Below the pieces are notes generated by a model that saw nothing but the letters and a program-made list of their open reading frames with translations, ran no database searches and had not been told where the DNA came from. From contig CALUIN010000006.1 in the NCBI GenBank assembly GCA_944320745.1, positions 16,559 through 80,558 on the forward strand: a DNA stretch of 64,000 nucleotides. Direction: 5' to 3'. Shown piece by piece: positions 1-9,250 of the stretch (within the stretch, counting starts at the first letter, position 1; each line of letters opens with the position of its first letter). Source of the DNA: an uncultured Alloprevotella sp. Its GTDB lineage: Bacteria > Bacteroidota > Bacteroidia > Bacteroidales > Bacteroidaceae. A program made the position numbers and the translations under genes.

Positions 1-115
1 TCTTCATAACTTTGTCAGAAAAAGAGCCGGGCCCGTGCCTCCCAGGGCCGAACCGGCATGCACGCTCCCCGACGCGGACTGCGCCGGGGAGCGTGCAGGT
101 GATTTTAATCCGTCA

Positions 116-1408
116 TCAAAGCAAGTCGGGCAGCTGGTACAGGTGGGTCCCGTTGCTCCCCTTCACCAGGATAAGTTTCCCTGCGACCGGGTGGGCGAGG
201 AGTTCCTGCTTCACGGCCTCCACATCGGGAAAGAAGCGGCAGCCCGCGGCATAGGGGCGGAATCCCGTGCCGACCAGCCATACGGCCTCGCAGCCCAGCG
301 AACGGGCCTGCTCCACCACCCTGCGGTGCTCGTCCGCCGAAGCCTCGCCCAGCTCAAGCATCTCGCCGAGGATGAGCATCTTGTGCGGACGGTCGATAAG
401 CCGGAAATTGTCCAGTGCCGCCTGCATACTGGTGGGGTTGGCATTATAGGCATCCACAATCAGCTCGTTCGTAGCCGTCTGCATCAACTCGGAACGATGG
501 TTCGTCGGGGCATACGCGGCAATGGCTTCGGAAATATCCGCGACAGCCACGCCATAGCGCATGCCGACGGCCGCCGCCGCCAGGGCGTTGGCCAGATTGT
601 AAGCGCCGACCAGGTGTGTGGCCACATGCTGCCACTCCCCGTCGCGGGGCCGCCAACGCAAGGCCACGTAGGGCGTACAGGCTTCCACCTCGCCCTCGAC
701 ATCGTATCCGTGGCCCGGAGCGCCGTAGGTCACGGCAGGGAGTCCGGCCGCCATGCCGGGCAGGTAGGCATTGTCGCCATGCAGAAAGACGAACGCGCCG
801 GGCTTTGTGCGCAAATAGTCGTAGAGTTCACCCTTGGCGCGAAGGACTCCTTCGAACGAGCCAAACCCTTCGAGATGGGCTTTCCCGACATTGGTTATAA
901 GGCCGCAGTCCGCATCGACGATGCGGCTGAGCCGGGCAATCTCGCCCGGATGGTTTGCTCCGGTCTCGACCACCGCTATCTGGTGGGCCGCACGGAGGCG
1001 GAGCAGGGTCTTGGGCACACCGATGTGGTTGTTGAAGTTGCCCTGCGTGAACAGAACGTTATACTTTCGGGCAAGTACGGCAGAGATCAATTCCTTGGTC
1101 GTCGTCTTCCCATTTGTGCCGGTTATCTGCACGACTGGCAGCCCCATGCGGTGCCGGTGGAGGGCCGCCACCTGCTGCAACGCCTCAAGGACATCCGGCA
1201 CGTGGACATACCGCTCGTCGCCGCCGACCTTCGGGTCGTCCACGACGGCATAGGCACAACCGTTCTGCAAAGCCTGCGCGGCAAAAGCATTTCCGTCAAA
1301 GTTCGCCCCACGCAAGGCGAAGAAGACCGAGCCCGCCGGACAGTCGCGCGTATCCGTCGTCACCGCCGGTTCCGGGCCAAGGAGCTTGTATAAATCTTCT
1401 ATGTTCAT
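116..1408 (-). CDS. murF: UDP-N-acetylmuramoyl-tripeptide--D-alanyl-D-alanine ligase
   Basis: Mur ligase motifs TDTR..FFALRGANFDG, ITGTNGKTTTKE, GNFNNHIGVP, DAYNANPTSM, LGEMLELG, LVKGS. Start trimmed to the ATG at 1408 (MNIEDLY), just downstream of a TAATTTTG element. Confidence 0.95.
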   Translation of the reverse strand: MNIEDLYKLLGPEPAVTTDTRDCPAGSVFFALRGANFDGNAFAAQALQNGCAYAVVDDPKVGGDERYVHVPDVLEALQQVAALHRHRMGLPVVQITGTNGKTTTKELISAVLARKYNVLFTQGNFNNHIGVPKTLLRLRAAHQIAVVETGANHPGEIARLSRIVDADCGLITNVGKAHLEGFGSFEGVLRAKGELYDYLRTKPGAFVFLHGDNAYLPGMAAGLPAVTYGAPGHGYDVEGEVEACTPYVALRWRPRDGEWQHVATHLVGAYNLANALAAAAVGMRYGVAVADISEAIAAYAPTNHRSELMQTATNELIVDAYNANPTSMQAALDNFRLIDRPHKMLILGEMLELGEASADEHRRVVEQARSLGCEAVWLVGTGFRPYAAGCRFFPDVEAVKQELLAHPVAGKLILVKGSNGTHLYQLPDLL

Positions 1409-1435
1409 CGTCAAAGACGCAGTTGATTTCGGGCG

Positions 1436-1494
1436 CAAAATTAGTGATTTTTGCAGAGAGAAGCACTTCGGAATTTTTTTTCTACGTATTTTTG
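1436..1494. promoter_or_regulatory. Divergent Bacteroidota sigma-A promoters for murF (-) and folP (+)
   Basis: TAATTTTG on the minus strand at 1436-1443 and TATTTTTG on the plus strand at 1487-1494, both matching the TAnnTTTG -7 consensus in an AT-rich spacer. Confidence 0.7.
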
Positions 1495-1520
1495 CAAGGA
1501 TAATAAGAACAGCCACTCTG

Positions 1521-2429
1521 ATGACATTTCCCGCCTACTCCCTGAACTGCCGCGGCCGGCTTTTCGAACTGCGCACGCCGCTGGTGATGGGCATTCTGAA
1601 CGTTACCCCAGACTCTTTCTTCGCAGACAGCCGCCAGACGACGGACGAGGCTATCGCCCGCCGTTGCCGCCAAATCGTGGCGGAAGGCGGGACCATGATA
1701 GACATCGGCGGATACTCTTCACGTTCGGGCGCGACCGACGTCACGCCGGAGGAGGAGACGGAACGGCTGCGCCGCGGTATAGAAGCGGCCCGCCGCGAGG
1801 CACCCGGGGCCATCATCTCCGTGGACACATTCCGCGCCGAAGTGGCCCGCGTATGCGTGGAGGAATACGGCGCGCACATCGTCAACGACATTTCGGGCGG
1901 AATGCTGGACCCGAAGATGCTGCGAACGGTGGCGCAACTGGGCGTGCCGTACATTCTGATGCACATGCAGGGGACGCCGCAGGACATGCAGACAGCGCCG
2001 CACTACGATGACGTGGCCGCCGACGTGTTCCAGTTCTTCGCCCGCCAGATCGAGAAGCTGCACAGTCTGGGAGCGAAGGACATCATCCTCGACCCGGGCT
2101 TCGGGTTCGGAAAGGAGTTGTCGCACAACTACGAACTGATGGACCACCTCGAAGAGTTTCAAGCGTTCGGCCTCCCCATATTGGCGGGCGTTTCCCGAAA
2201 GTCCATGATCTACCGTCTGCTGGGCGGAACACCGGCTACTGCACTCAACGGGACCACCGTCCTTAACACCGTCGCACTGCTCAAGGGCGCCGCCATCCTG
2301 CGCGTTCACGACGTGGCCGCTGCCGTAGAAGCCGTGCGCATCTGCAACGCGCTCCAGGCTCCCGGCCAGGCAGCTGCGCCGGACCCCGCCACGCCCTGCC
2401 CCCGCCCCACCAGTTCCACCGCCCGCTAA
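1521..2429 (+). CDS. folP: Dihydropteroate synthase
   Basis: VMGILNVTPDSF, IDIGGYSSR, ISVDTF, VNDISGG, LDPGFGFGK, GVSRKS, LRVHDV. Start trimmed to the ATG at 1521. Confidence 0.95.
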   Translation: MTFPAYSLNCRGRLFELRTPLVMGILNVTPDSFFADSRQTTDEAIARRCRQIVAEGGTMIDIGGYSSRSGATDVTPEEETERLRRGIEAARREAPGAIISVDTFRAEVARVCVEEYGAHIVNDISGGMLDPKMLRTVAQLGVPYILMHMQGTPQDMQTAPHYDDVAADVFQFFARQIEKLHSLGAKDIILDPGFGFGKELSHNYELMDHLEEFQAFGLPILAGVSRKSMIYRLLGGTPATALNGTTVLNTVALLKGAAILRVHDVAAAVEAVRICNALQAPGQAAAPDPATPCPRPTSSTAR

Positions 2430-2455
2430 ATCAGTCATTCTCCTCACCGTCCGCC

Positions 2456-3220
2456 ATGATCAACTTCGGCATCATCGACTTCATCGACATCCTATCCGTC
2501 GCGCTGCTGCTCTACTACATCTACAAACTGATGAAAGAGTCCAGCTCGGCCAACATCTTCTCAGGCATTCTCGTATTCATAGTCGTCTGGATATTCGTCA
2601 CCCAGGTTTTTGAAATGCGCCTCTTGGGCGGCATTCTCGACAAGTTGATGAACGTGGGCGGCTTGGCCCTCATCATCCTCTTCCAGGACGAAATCCGACA
2701 CTTCTTCTCCAGCATCGGCACGCGGCAGCACGCCAACGTCCTAATCCGTTTCTTCACGAAAAAGAAGCCTGCCACGCCACACCGGGAAGAAATCATACCC
2801 ATCGTCATGGCTTGCATGAACATGAGCAAGCAGAAGGTCGGCGCCCTCATCGTTATTGAGCGGAACGTGGGCCTTAGCGAAATCATCCGTTCCGGCGACA
2901 TCATCAATGCCGACATTAACCAACGGCTCATTGAGAATATCTTCTTCAAGAACAGCCCGCTCCACGACGGCGCCATGATTATCAGCCACAAGCGCATCAA
3001 AGCCGCCGGCTGCATTCTCCCCGTGGCTCACGACCTGGACATACCGAAAGCGCTCGGACTGCGCCACCGCGCCGCCCTCGGCATATCGCAGAAGAGCGAC
3101 TGCCTTGCCATTATCGTTTCAGAGGAGACGGGCGGCATCTCCATAGCCTCCAACGGACAGTTCCACCTCAGGCTTACGGCCGAGGAACTGGAGCGCACCC
3201 TCTCCGCCGAGTGGGAATGA
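2456..3220 (+). CDS. dacA: Diadenylate cyclase (CdaA/DacA, TIGR00159 family)
   Basis: Three N-terminal TM helices, then a DAC domain with GALIVIER, SPLHDGA, GLRHRAALG and VSEETG. Confidence 0.92.
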   Translation: MINFGIIDFIDILSVALLLYYIYKLMKESSSANIFSGILVFIVVWIFVTQVFEMRLLGGILDKLMNVGGLALIILFQDEIRHFFSSIGTRQHANVLIRFFTKKKPATPHREEIIPIVMACMNMSKQKVGALIVIERNVGLSEIIRSGDIINADINQRLIENIFFKNSPLHDGAMIISHKRIKAAGCILPVAHDLDIPKALGLRHRAALGISQKSDCLAIIVSEETGGISIASNGQFHLRLTAEELERTLSAEWE

Positions 3221-3292
3221 AAACACCGGGCGTAATGCCCTGAAACCGGGCACTACGGCAAAGTTTTTCTTGGATATATGCACAAAAAGGCC

Positions 3293-3300
3293 TAACTTTG
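3293..3300 (+). promoter_or_regulatory. -7 promoter element for psd-pssA
   Basis: TAACTTTG 19 nt upstream of the psd ATG. Confidence 0.6.
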
Positions 3301-3319
3301 CAGGCGAATCCCAGCAGAA

Positions 3320-4015
3320 ATGAGAAAATTAAAAGGTATCAAGAAAATCAGACTTCACCGCGAGGGCACGAAAACGCTACGGGTCGGGCTGCTCGTCCTC
3401 GTAGCCGCGAACGCACTTGTATTCTGGCTGCTCTCGGAAGTCTCCCTCCTGCCTTTCTTCATCTTCTTACTGGTCAGTGCGGCCCTCTACGCCACAATGG
3501 TCAACTTCTTCCGCTGCCCCATCCGCCTGTTCAACGGCGATACAAAGAACACGGTCGTCGCAGCGGCCGACGGAAAGGTCGTCGTCATTGAGGAAGTGGA
3601 CGAAAACGAATACTTCCACGACCGGCGGCTCATGATCTCCATCTTCATGTCCATTACCAACGTCCATGCCAACTGGTTTCCCGTGGACGGATACATTAAG
3701 AAGGTGGAACATCAGAACGGCAATTTCCACAAGGCGTGGCTGCCCAAAGCCAGCACCGAGAACGAACGATCGTCCGTCATTATCGAAACGCCCGACGGAC
3801 AAGACATCCTTGTCCGCCAGATAGCCGGCGCCGTGGCACGCCGCATTGTCACCTACGCCCACGCCGACGACGAGTGCTACATCGACGAGCACCTGGGCTT
3901 CATCAAGTTCGGCTCACGCGTCGATGTCTATCTGCCCCTCGGCTCCGAGGTGCTCGTGAAACTGGGCCAGGCAACTGTCGGCAACCAGACCATTGTGGCC
4001 CGGCTTCACCCTTAA
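3320..4015 (+). CDS. psd: Phosphatidylserine decarboxylase proenzyme
   Basis: FFRCP, AAADGKV, ISIFMS..NVH, NER, QIAG..ARRI, and the [10 protein letters not shown] self-cleavage (GS) motif. Confidence 0.93.
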   Translation: MRKLKGIKKIRLHREGTKTLRVGLLVLVAANALVFWLLSEVSLLPFFIFLLVSAALYATMVNFFRCPIRLFNGDTKNTVVAAADGKVVVIEEVDENEYFHDRRLMISIFMSITNVHANWFPVDGYIKKVEHQNGNFHKAWLPKASTENERSSVIIETPDGQDILVRQIAGAVARRIVTYAHADDECYIDEHLGFIKFGSRVDVYLPLGSEVLVKLGQATVGNQTIVARLHP

Positions 4016-4073
4016 GCCTGGACGTCGGCCGACCGGTCAGCACCTTGCCGAAAAGCCTTTTTCCACCCATCTC

Positions 4074-4775
4074 ATGAAGAAACATATCCCCAATACCATT
4101 ACTTGCTGCAACCTGCTCTGCGGGTGTGTAGCCACTTGCTTTGCACTGCAGGCCGAACCACGCTACGACCTCGCGCTGGCCTTCATCATCATAGGCAACG
4201 TATTCGACTTTTTCGACGGATTCGCGGCGCGGCTGCTCAGAGTTGCCTCGCCCGTAGGCAAGGAGCTGGACTCGCTGGCCGATGTCGTGACGTCCGGCCT
4301 GGCCCCCTCGGCCATGCTCTTCGCCCTACTGAGGCAGATGCCGCTACCTTTCGGCGGGCTGGCAGCCGAATACCTCCCGTTCGCAGCGTTCATCATCACT
4401 GCCTTCTCGGCCCTGCGCCTGGCAAAGTTCAACCTTGACGAACGGCAGACGTCCTCCTTCATCGGACTGCCCACGCCAGCCAACGCGCTCTTCTGGGGTG
4501 CGCTCATTGCCGCAAACCATACGTGGTTCTGCCAGCACGGCTGGTCCGCCCTGCTGCTGCTGGCGGGCATCGCGCTCTCGAGTTGGCTTCTCGTGGCCGA
4601 ACTGCCCATGTTCGCCCTCAAGTTCAAGCATTTCCGCTGGGCAGGCAACGCCCTGCGCTATACGTTCATACTTGTCAGCGCGGCGCTACTGATCCTGATG
4701 GGCTGGACGGGATTCTCCGCCATCGTGCTCGTCTACGTCCTGGCCTCCATCATAGCGGACCTGCAGCGCAAGTGA
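4074..4775 (+). CDS. pssA: CDP-diacylglycerol--serine O-phosphatidyltransferase
   Basis: IPNTIT, the CDP-alcohol phosphotransferase signature DFFDGFAAR...GKELDSLADVV, RLAKFN, FIGLPTP. Adjacent to psd; start at ATG 4074. Confidence 0.92.
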   Translation: MKKHIPNTITCCNLLCGCVATCFALQAEPRYDLALAFIIIGNVFDFFDGFAARLLRVASPVGKELDSLADVVTSGLAPSAMLFALLRQMPLPFGGLAAEYLPFAAFIITAFSALRLAKFNLDERQTSSFIGLPTPANALFWGALIAANHTWFCQHGWSALLLLAGIALSSWLLVAELPMFALKFKHFRWAGNALRYTFILVSAALLILMGWTGFSAIVLVYVLASIIADLQRK

Positions 4776-4803
4776 CGCTGGCTTAACACTCACACTGACT
4801 CAA

Positions 4804-5049
4804 ATGTACGGTTGCATCACCTTTCTTTTATTCGGCTTCATCTTCGTGCTGCTGACCGCCCTGGCCGGCGCATTCCGCTTAGTGTTCGGCCTGAAGCGCA
4901 CGGCCCGCCGCTTTGCGGGACAGACCGGCGCCGACAAGGCCCGGGAGAAAGCCGAAGCCGACGGGCCACCCCGGCCGCGCCGCAAGCGGCAGGGAAAATT
5001 CTTTGAGAAGGACGAAGGCGTCTACGTAGACTTCGAAGAAATCAACTGA
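4804..5049 (+). CDS. Small membrane protein (DUF4834-like)
   Basis: N-terminal TM helix, basic linker, C-terminal DEGVYVDFEEI typical of this Bacteroidales family; follows pssA. Confidence 0.75.
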   Translation: MYGCITFLLFGFIFVLLTALAGAFRLVFGLKRTARRFAGQTGADKAREKAEADGPPRPRRKRQGKFFEKDEGVYVDFEEIN

Positions 5050-5061
5050 AAACTCTGCCCG

Positions 5062-5105
5062 ACGGGCCTTAGCCGTGTACGGTACGCGGCTAAGGCCCGT
5101 TTTTT
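5062..5105 (+). terminator. Intrinsic terminator after the DUF4834-like gene, built from two repeat units
   Basis: 14-bp perfect inverted repeat acgggccttagccg (5062-5075) / cggctaaggcccgt (5087-5100), followed by a T-run. Confidence 0.75.
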
Positions 5106-5146
5106 CTGGGCTAAGCCCCGTGCCGACGGGGCTTAGGCGCGTCGGC
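5062..5146. repeat. 21-bp phased quasi-palindromic array 1 (4 units; also forms a terminator)
   Basis: acgggcCTTAGccgtgt / acgcggCTAAGgcccgt / tctgggCTAAGccccgt / acggggCTTAGgcgcgt; cores at 5068, 5090, 5111, 5132. Confidence 0.9.
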
Positions 5147-5195
5147 ACGGGAACGCGCAGCCGCGGCGGAGAGATATACATGACGGAAAACTATA

Positions 5196-5238
5196 CACGC
5201 CGGGAGGACGTCTCGAAAGAGAGCATCCTCCCGGCGTG
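5196..5238 (-). terminator. Stem-loop downstream of efp
   Basis: 13-bp inverted repeat cacgccgggagga / tcctcccggcgtg about 25 nt past the efp stop; weak U-tract. Confidence 0.55.
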
Positions 5239-5261
5239 CCTTTGCAGCGGCCGCGAGCGGG

Positions 5262-5828
5262 TCAGGCCTTCACGCGGTTCACGTATGAGCCGTCGCGCGT
5301 GTCGACCTCGATCGTCTCGCCCTCATTGATAAAGAGGGGCACGCGGATCTCTACGCCCGTTTCCAGTTTGGCGGGCTTCAGCGTGTTGGTGGCGGTGTCG
5401 CCCTTCAGGCCCGGCTCGGTGTAGACCACCTTGAGCTGCGTCTTGACGGGCATTTCGGCAAAGAGGATAGTGTCCGTGGAAGCGTCGCTTACCACGTCGA
5501 TCACGTCGCCTTCCTTCATGAAGTCAACGCCCGTGATGAGGCTCTTCTCTACAACTACGTCGTCCCACGTCTCCTGGTTGAGCAGGTGCATGTTGTCGCC
5601 TTCGGCATAGGAGAACTGGTAGGGGCGGCGCTCTACGCGCACGTCCTCAAGCGCTTCGCCGATGTTGAAGCGGCGCTCAATCACGCGGCCGGACACAACG
5701 TCCTTGAGCGTGGTACGCATGATGGTGTTACCCTTACCGGGCTTTACGTGGAGGAAGTCGATGCAGAAGTACAGCTTGCCGTCCATTCGGATGCAGGTAC
5801 CTTTCTTAATGTCTTGAGATTTGATCAT
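5262..5828 (-). CDS. efp: Elongation factor P
   Basis: HVKPGKG loop, TEPGLKGDTA, KPAKLETG, VPLFI..GE.IEVDTRDGSY. Start trimmed to ATG 5828; TAATTTTG on the minus strand at 5889-5896. Confidence 0.96.
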   Translation of the reverse strand: MIKSQDIKKGTCIRMDGKLYFCIDFLHVKPGKGNTIMRTTLKDVVSGRVIERRFNIGEALEDVRVERRPYQFSYAEGDNMHLLNQETWDDVVVEKSLITGVDFMKEGDVIDVVSDASTDTILFAEMPVKTQLKVVYTEPGLKGDTATNTLKPAKLETGVEIRVPLFINEGETIEVDTRDGSYVNRVKA

Positions 5829-6036
5829 ATTCCGTTTGTTTACTATATATATTCGCAAAGCTGGCGGGCCTTGACCCGACGGACGGCGCAAAATTAGCAA
5901 TTTTTCTTGGATTCGTGAAGCGTTGCCCGCGCTTTTTGCGCACTCCGGGGCGGCTTTGAGAAACAGCACGAAGGCTGTGCACGGAATAAATTTCACACTT
6001 TTGGGGACAAGTGTGCAACATCTCAGAAATATTTGT

Positions 6037-6044
6037 TAACTTTG
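6037..6044 (+). promoter_or_regulatory. -7 promoter element for pflB
   Basis: TAACTTTG 37 nt upstream of the pflB ATG. Confidence 0.65.
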
Positions 6045-6081
6045 CAGCCGCAAGTCCTTAAACCCATAAACAATATTCAAG

Positions 6082-8310
6082 ATGGATTTAACCACTCAGT
6101 TTATCGACGGCGCTTGGAGCCACAGCATCAACGTGACGGACTTTGTCCGCAAGAACCTGACGCCCTACGAGGGCGACGCCAGCTTTCTGCAAGGCCCCAC
6201 CGAGCGCACCCGACACATCTGGAACCTTTGCCTGAAAGCACTCGAGGAGGAGCGCGCCAACAACGGCGTGCGCGCCATCGACCCTGATACCGTATCGACC
6301 ATTACGTCCCACCCGGCCGGCTACATCGACCGCGAGGCCGAGCTCATCGTCGGCCTGCAGACGGACATGCTCCTGAAGCGCGCCATAAAGCCCTACGGCG
6401 GCATCCGCGTGGTGGAAAAAGCCTGCGCCGAAAACGGCCTGCAGGTGAACACGAAGGTGAAGGACATCTTCACCCACTACCGCAAGACGCACAACGACGG
6501 CGTGTTCGACGTGTACACGGAAGAGATCCGCCGCTTCCGCTCCCTGGGCTTCCTCACCGGCCTTCCCGACAACTACGCCCGCGGCCGCATCATCGGCGAC
6601 TACCGCCGCCTGGCGCTCTACGGCTGCGACCGCCTCATCGAAGCGAAAAAGGAAGACCTGCACGGACTGACGGGACCCATGACGGACGAACGCATCCGCC
6701 TGCGCGAGGAAGTGGCCGAGCAGATCAAGGCCCTGGGCGAAATCAAGGTGATGGGCGAATACTACGGACTGGACCTGTCCCGCCCGGCCTACACCGCACA
6801 GGAAGCCGTGCAGTGGGTGTACATGGCTTACCTCGCCGCCGTGAAGGAACAGGACGGCGCGGCCATGTCGCTTGGCAACGTTTCCTCCTTCCTCGACATC
6901 TACATTGAGCACGACCTGAAGCACGGCCTCATCGACGAGACCTTCGCCCAGGAACTCGTCGACCAGTTTGTCATCAAGCTCCGCATGGTGCGCCACCTCC
7001 GCATGGGCTCCTACAACGAAATCTTCGCCGGCGACCCGACGTGGGTCACCGAGGCAATCGGCGGACGCTTCAACGACGGCCGCACGAAGGTGACGAAGAC
7101 CAGCTTCCGCTTCCTGCAGACCCTCTACAACCTGGGCCCCTCGCCCGAGCCTAACCTGACCGTGCTCTGGAGCCCCGAGCTGCCGGAAGGATTCAAGGAC
7201 TTCTGCGCCAAAGTCTCGGTGGACACGAGCTCCATCCAGTACGAGAACGACACACTCATGCGCGAGGTGCGCCACAGCGACGACTACGGCATAGCCTGCT
7301 GCGTGAGCTACCAGGACATCGGCCGCCAGATACAGTTCTTCGGCGCGCGCTGCAATCTGGCCAAAGCCCTGCTGCTGGCCATCAACGGCGGACGCTGCGA
7401 GAACACCGGCACCGTCATGGTGGAAGGCATCCCCGTGCTGCAAGGCGACGAGCTCAACTTCGAGGAAGTCATGAACAACTACAAGGCCGTGCTCAAGGAG
7501 ATAGCCCGCGTCTACAACGAGGCCATGAACATTATCCACTACATGCACGACAAGTACTACTACGAAAAGGCACAGATGGCCTTCGTCGACACCAATCCGC
7601 GCATCAACCTGGCCTACGGCGTGGCCGGCCTTTCCATCGTGCTCGATTCCCTCTCCGCTATTAAGTATGCCCGCGTGAAAGCAGTCCGCAACGACATCGG
7701 ACTGACCGAGTCGTTCGACATCCAGGGCTCCTTCCCCTGCTTCGGCAACAACGACGACCGCGTCGACCATCTCGGCGTAGACCTCGTGTACTACTTCAGC
7801 GAGGAACTGAAGAAGCTCCCCGTCTACAAGAACGCGCGCCCCACGCTCTCTCTGCTCACCATCACGTCGAACGTCATGTACGGCAAGAAGACCGGCGCAA
7901 CGCCCGACGGCCGCGCGAAAGGCGTGGCCTTCGCGCCGGGCGCCAACCCGATGCACGGCCGCGACAAGAGCGGCGCCGTGGCCTCGCTCAGCAGTGTGGC
8001 CAAACTGCGTTACCGCGATGCACAGGACGGCATCTCCAACACATTCTCCATCGTCCCGAAGAGCCTCGGCCCCACGCCGGAGGAACGGGTAGAAAACCTG
8101 GTGACTATGATCGACGGTTACTTCACTAAGGGCGCGCACCACCTGAACGTGAACGTGCTCAACCGCGAGATGCTCCAGGACGCAATGGAGCATCCTGAGA
8201 AATATCCGCAGCTGACGATTCGCGTGTCCGGCTATGCCGTGAACTTCACGAAGTTGAGCCGCGAGCACCAGCTGGAGGTCATCAGCCGCTCCTTCCACGA
8301 ACGTATGTAA
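6082..8310 (+). CDS. pflB: Pyruvate formate-lyase (formate C-acetyltransferase)
   Basis: [22 protein letters not shown], catalytic [20 protein letters not shown], glycyl-radical motif TIRVSGYAV. Confidence 0.97.
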   Translation: MDLTTQFIDGAWSHSINVTDFVRKNLTPYEGDASFLQGPTERTRHIWNLCLKALEEERANNGVRAIDPDTVSTITSHPAGYIDREAELIVGLQTDMLLKRAIKPYGGIRVVEKACAENGLQVNTKVKDIFTHYRKTHNDGVFDVYTEEIRRFRSLGFLTGLPDNYARGRIIGDYRRLALYGCDRLIEAKKEDLHGLTGPMTDERIRLREEVAEQIKALGEIKVMGEYYGLDLSRPAYTAQEAVQWVYMAYLAAVKEQDGAAMSLGNVSSFLDIYIEHDLKHGLIDETFAQELVDQFVIKLRMVRHLRMGSYNEIFAGDPTWVTEAIGGRFNDGRTKVTKTSFRFLQTLYNLGPSPEPNLTVLWSPELPEGFKDFCAKVSVDTSSIQYENDTLMREVRHSDDYGIACCVSYQDIGRQIQFFGARCNLAKALLLAINGGRCENTGTVMVEGIPVLQGDELNFEEVMNNYKAVLKEIARVYNEAMNIIHYMHDKYYYEKAQMAFVDTNPRINLAYGVAGLSIVLDSLSAIKYARVKAVRNDIGLTESFDIQGSFPCFGNNDDRVDHLGVDLVYYFSEELKKLPVYKNARPTLSLLTITSNVMYGKKTGATPDGRAKGVAFAPGANPMHGRDKSGAVASLSSVAKLRYRDAQDGISNTFSIVPKSLGPTPEERVENLVTMIDGYFTKGAHHLNVNVLNREMLQDAMEHPEKYPQLTIRVSGYAVNFTKLSREHQLEVISRSFHERM

Positions 8311-8342
8311 TCCACCTGCCGCTCCGGCGGCGGAAACTGTTG

Positions 8343-8377
8343 CCCTTCTTCCGCCCCAAGGCGGGAGGAGGGTTTTT
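8343..8377 (+). terminator. Intercistronic terminator-like hairpin between pflB and pflA
   Basis: cccttcttccgcc-ccaa-ggcgggaggaggg stem (with G-U pairs) followed by TTTTT. Confidence 0.6.
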
Positions 8378-8402
8378 CCTGTCATTCCAAACATTTCGCA
8401 AA

Positions 8403-9152
8403 ATGCCGATACCCACCGACGCGCTGCTGCGCGTACACTCCTACGAATCCATGGGCACCTTCGACGGCCCCGGCCTGCGCTACGTTGTGTTCCTGCAAGG
8501 CTGCCCGTTCCGCTGCCTCTACTGCGCCAATCCCGACACCATAGATGCAGTGGGCGAAAGTCAGCCCACGTCCGCCGCGCACATCCTCGAGCAGGCCGTG
8601 AGCATGAAACCCTTCTTCGGGCGGCGCGGCGGCATCACCTTCTCCGGCGGAGAGCCCACCGTACAGGCCGAACGCCTCGTGCCGCTGCTGCGGCAGTTGC
8701 GCGAGGCCGGCATCCACATCTGCGTGGACTCGAACGGCGCCGTCTGGAACGACCACGTGGAGGAAATGCTGCGGCTCACGGACCTCGTCCTGCTGGACGT
8801 GAAGGAGATGAACCCGGAACGCCACCTCCGCCTCACAGGCCGCTCGGGCGAGCAGACGCTCCGCACGGCCGAATGGCTCGAAAGCAACGGCCGTCCCTTC
8901 TGGCTGCGCTACGTGCTCGTGCCCGGGGTAAGCGATTTCGAGGAAGACCTGCACGCGCTGGGCCGCCACTTCGCGGACTACCGCCAGATAGGCCGCGTGG
9001 AGCTCCTCCCCTACCACACGCTCGGCGTACACAAGTACGAGGCACTGGGCTGGGACTATGCCTTGAAGGACGTAAAGGAGAACACGCCCGAACAGCTGGA
9101 GCGTGCCGCCAGCATACTGCGCGGTTACTTCCCCCAGCTGGTCGTCAACTGA
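8403..9152 (+). CDS. pflA: Pyruvate formate-lyase activating enzyme (radical SAM)
   Basis: GTFDGPGLRYVVFLQGCPFRCLYCANPD (CxxxCxxC), SGGEP, LLPYHTLG. Start at ATG 8403. Confidence 0.95.
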   Translation: MPIPTDALLRVHSYESMGTFDGPGLRYVVFLQGCPFRCLYCANPDTIDAVGESQPTSAAHILEQAVSMKPFFGRRGGITFSGGEPTVQAERLVPLLRQLREAGIHICVDSNGAVWNDHVEEMLRLTDLVLLDVKEMNPERHLRLTGRSGEQTLRTAEWLESNGRPFWLRYVLVPGVSDFEEDLHALGRHFADYRQIGRVELLPYHTLGVHKYEALGWDYALKDVKENTPEQLERAASILRGYFPQLVVN

Positions 9153-9174
9153 GCCCCGGCCTGCGCGGCCATAC

Positions 9175-9216
9175 ACAAAATGCCCCGTTCCCTCGAGGAG
9201 GAACGGGGCATTTTGT
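9175..9216. terminator. Bidirectional intrinsic terminator (pflA / GH36)
   Basis: 17-bp perfect inverted repeat acaaaatgccccgttcc / ggaacggggcattttgt between convergent genes. Confidence 0.85.
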
Positions 9217-9250
9217 ATCCTTCAGGCGGCACGTCCGCCGGCCGCGGCGC

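Noticed and set aside
1-14. TAACTTTG at 7-14 as a plus-strand promoter
   Set aside because: More likely the start (CAT at 5-7) and upstream bases of a minus-strand gene leaving the window; cannot be assessed here.
6088-8394. Very long antisense ORFs (also 35-1393, 15213-17270, 27534-29240, 43247-45295, 45429-47024, 52909-54375)
   Set aside because: They mirror well-supported genes on the opposite strand, which is expected with high GC3 codon bias, and show no recognisable motifs.
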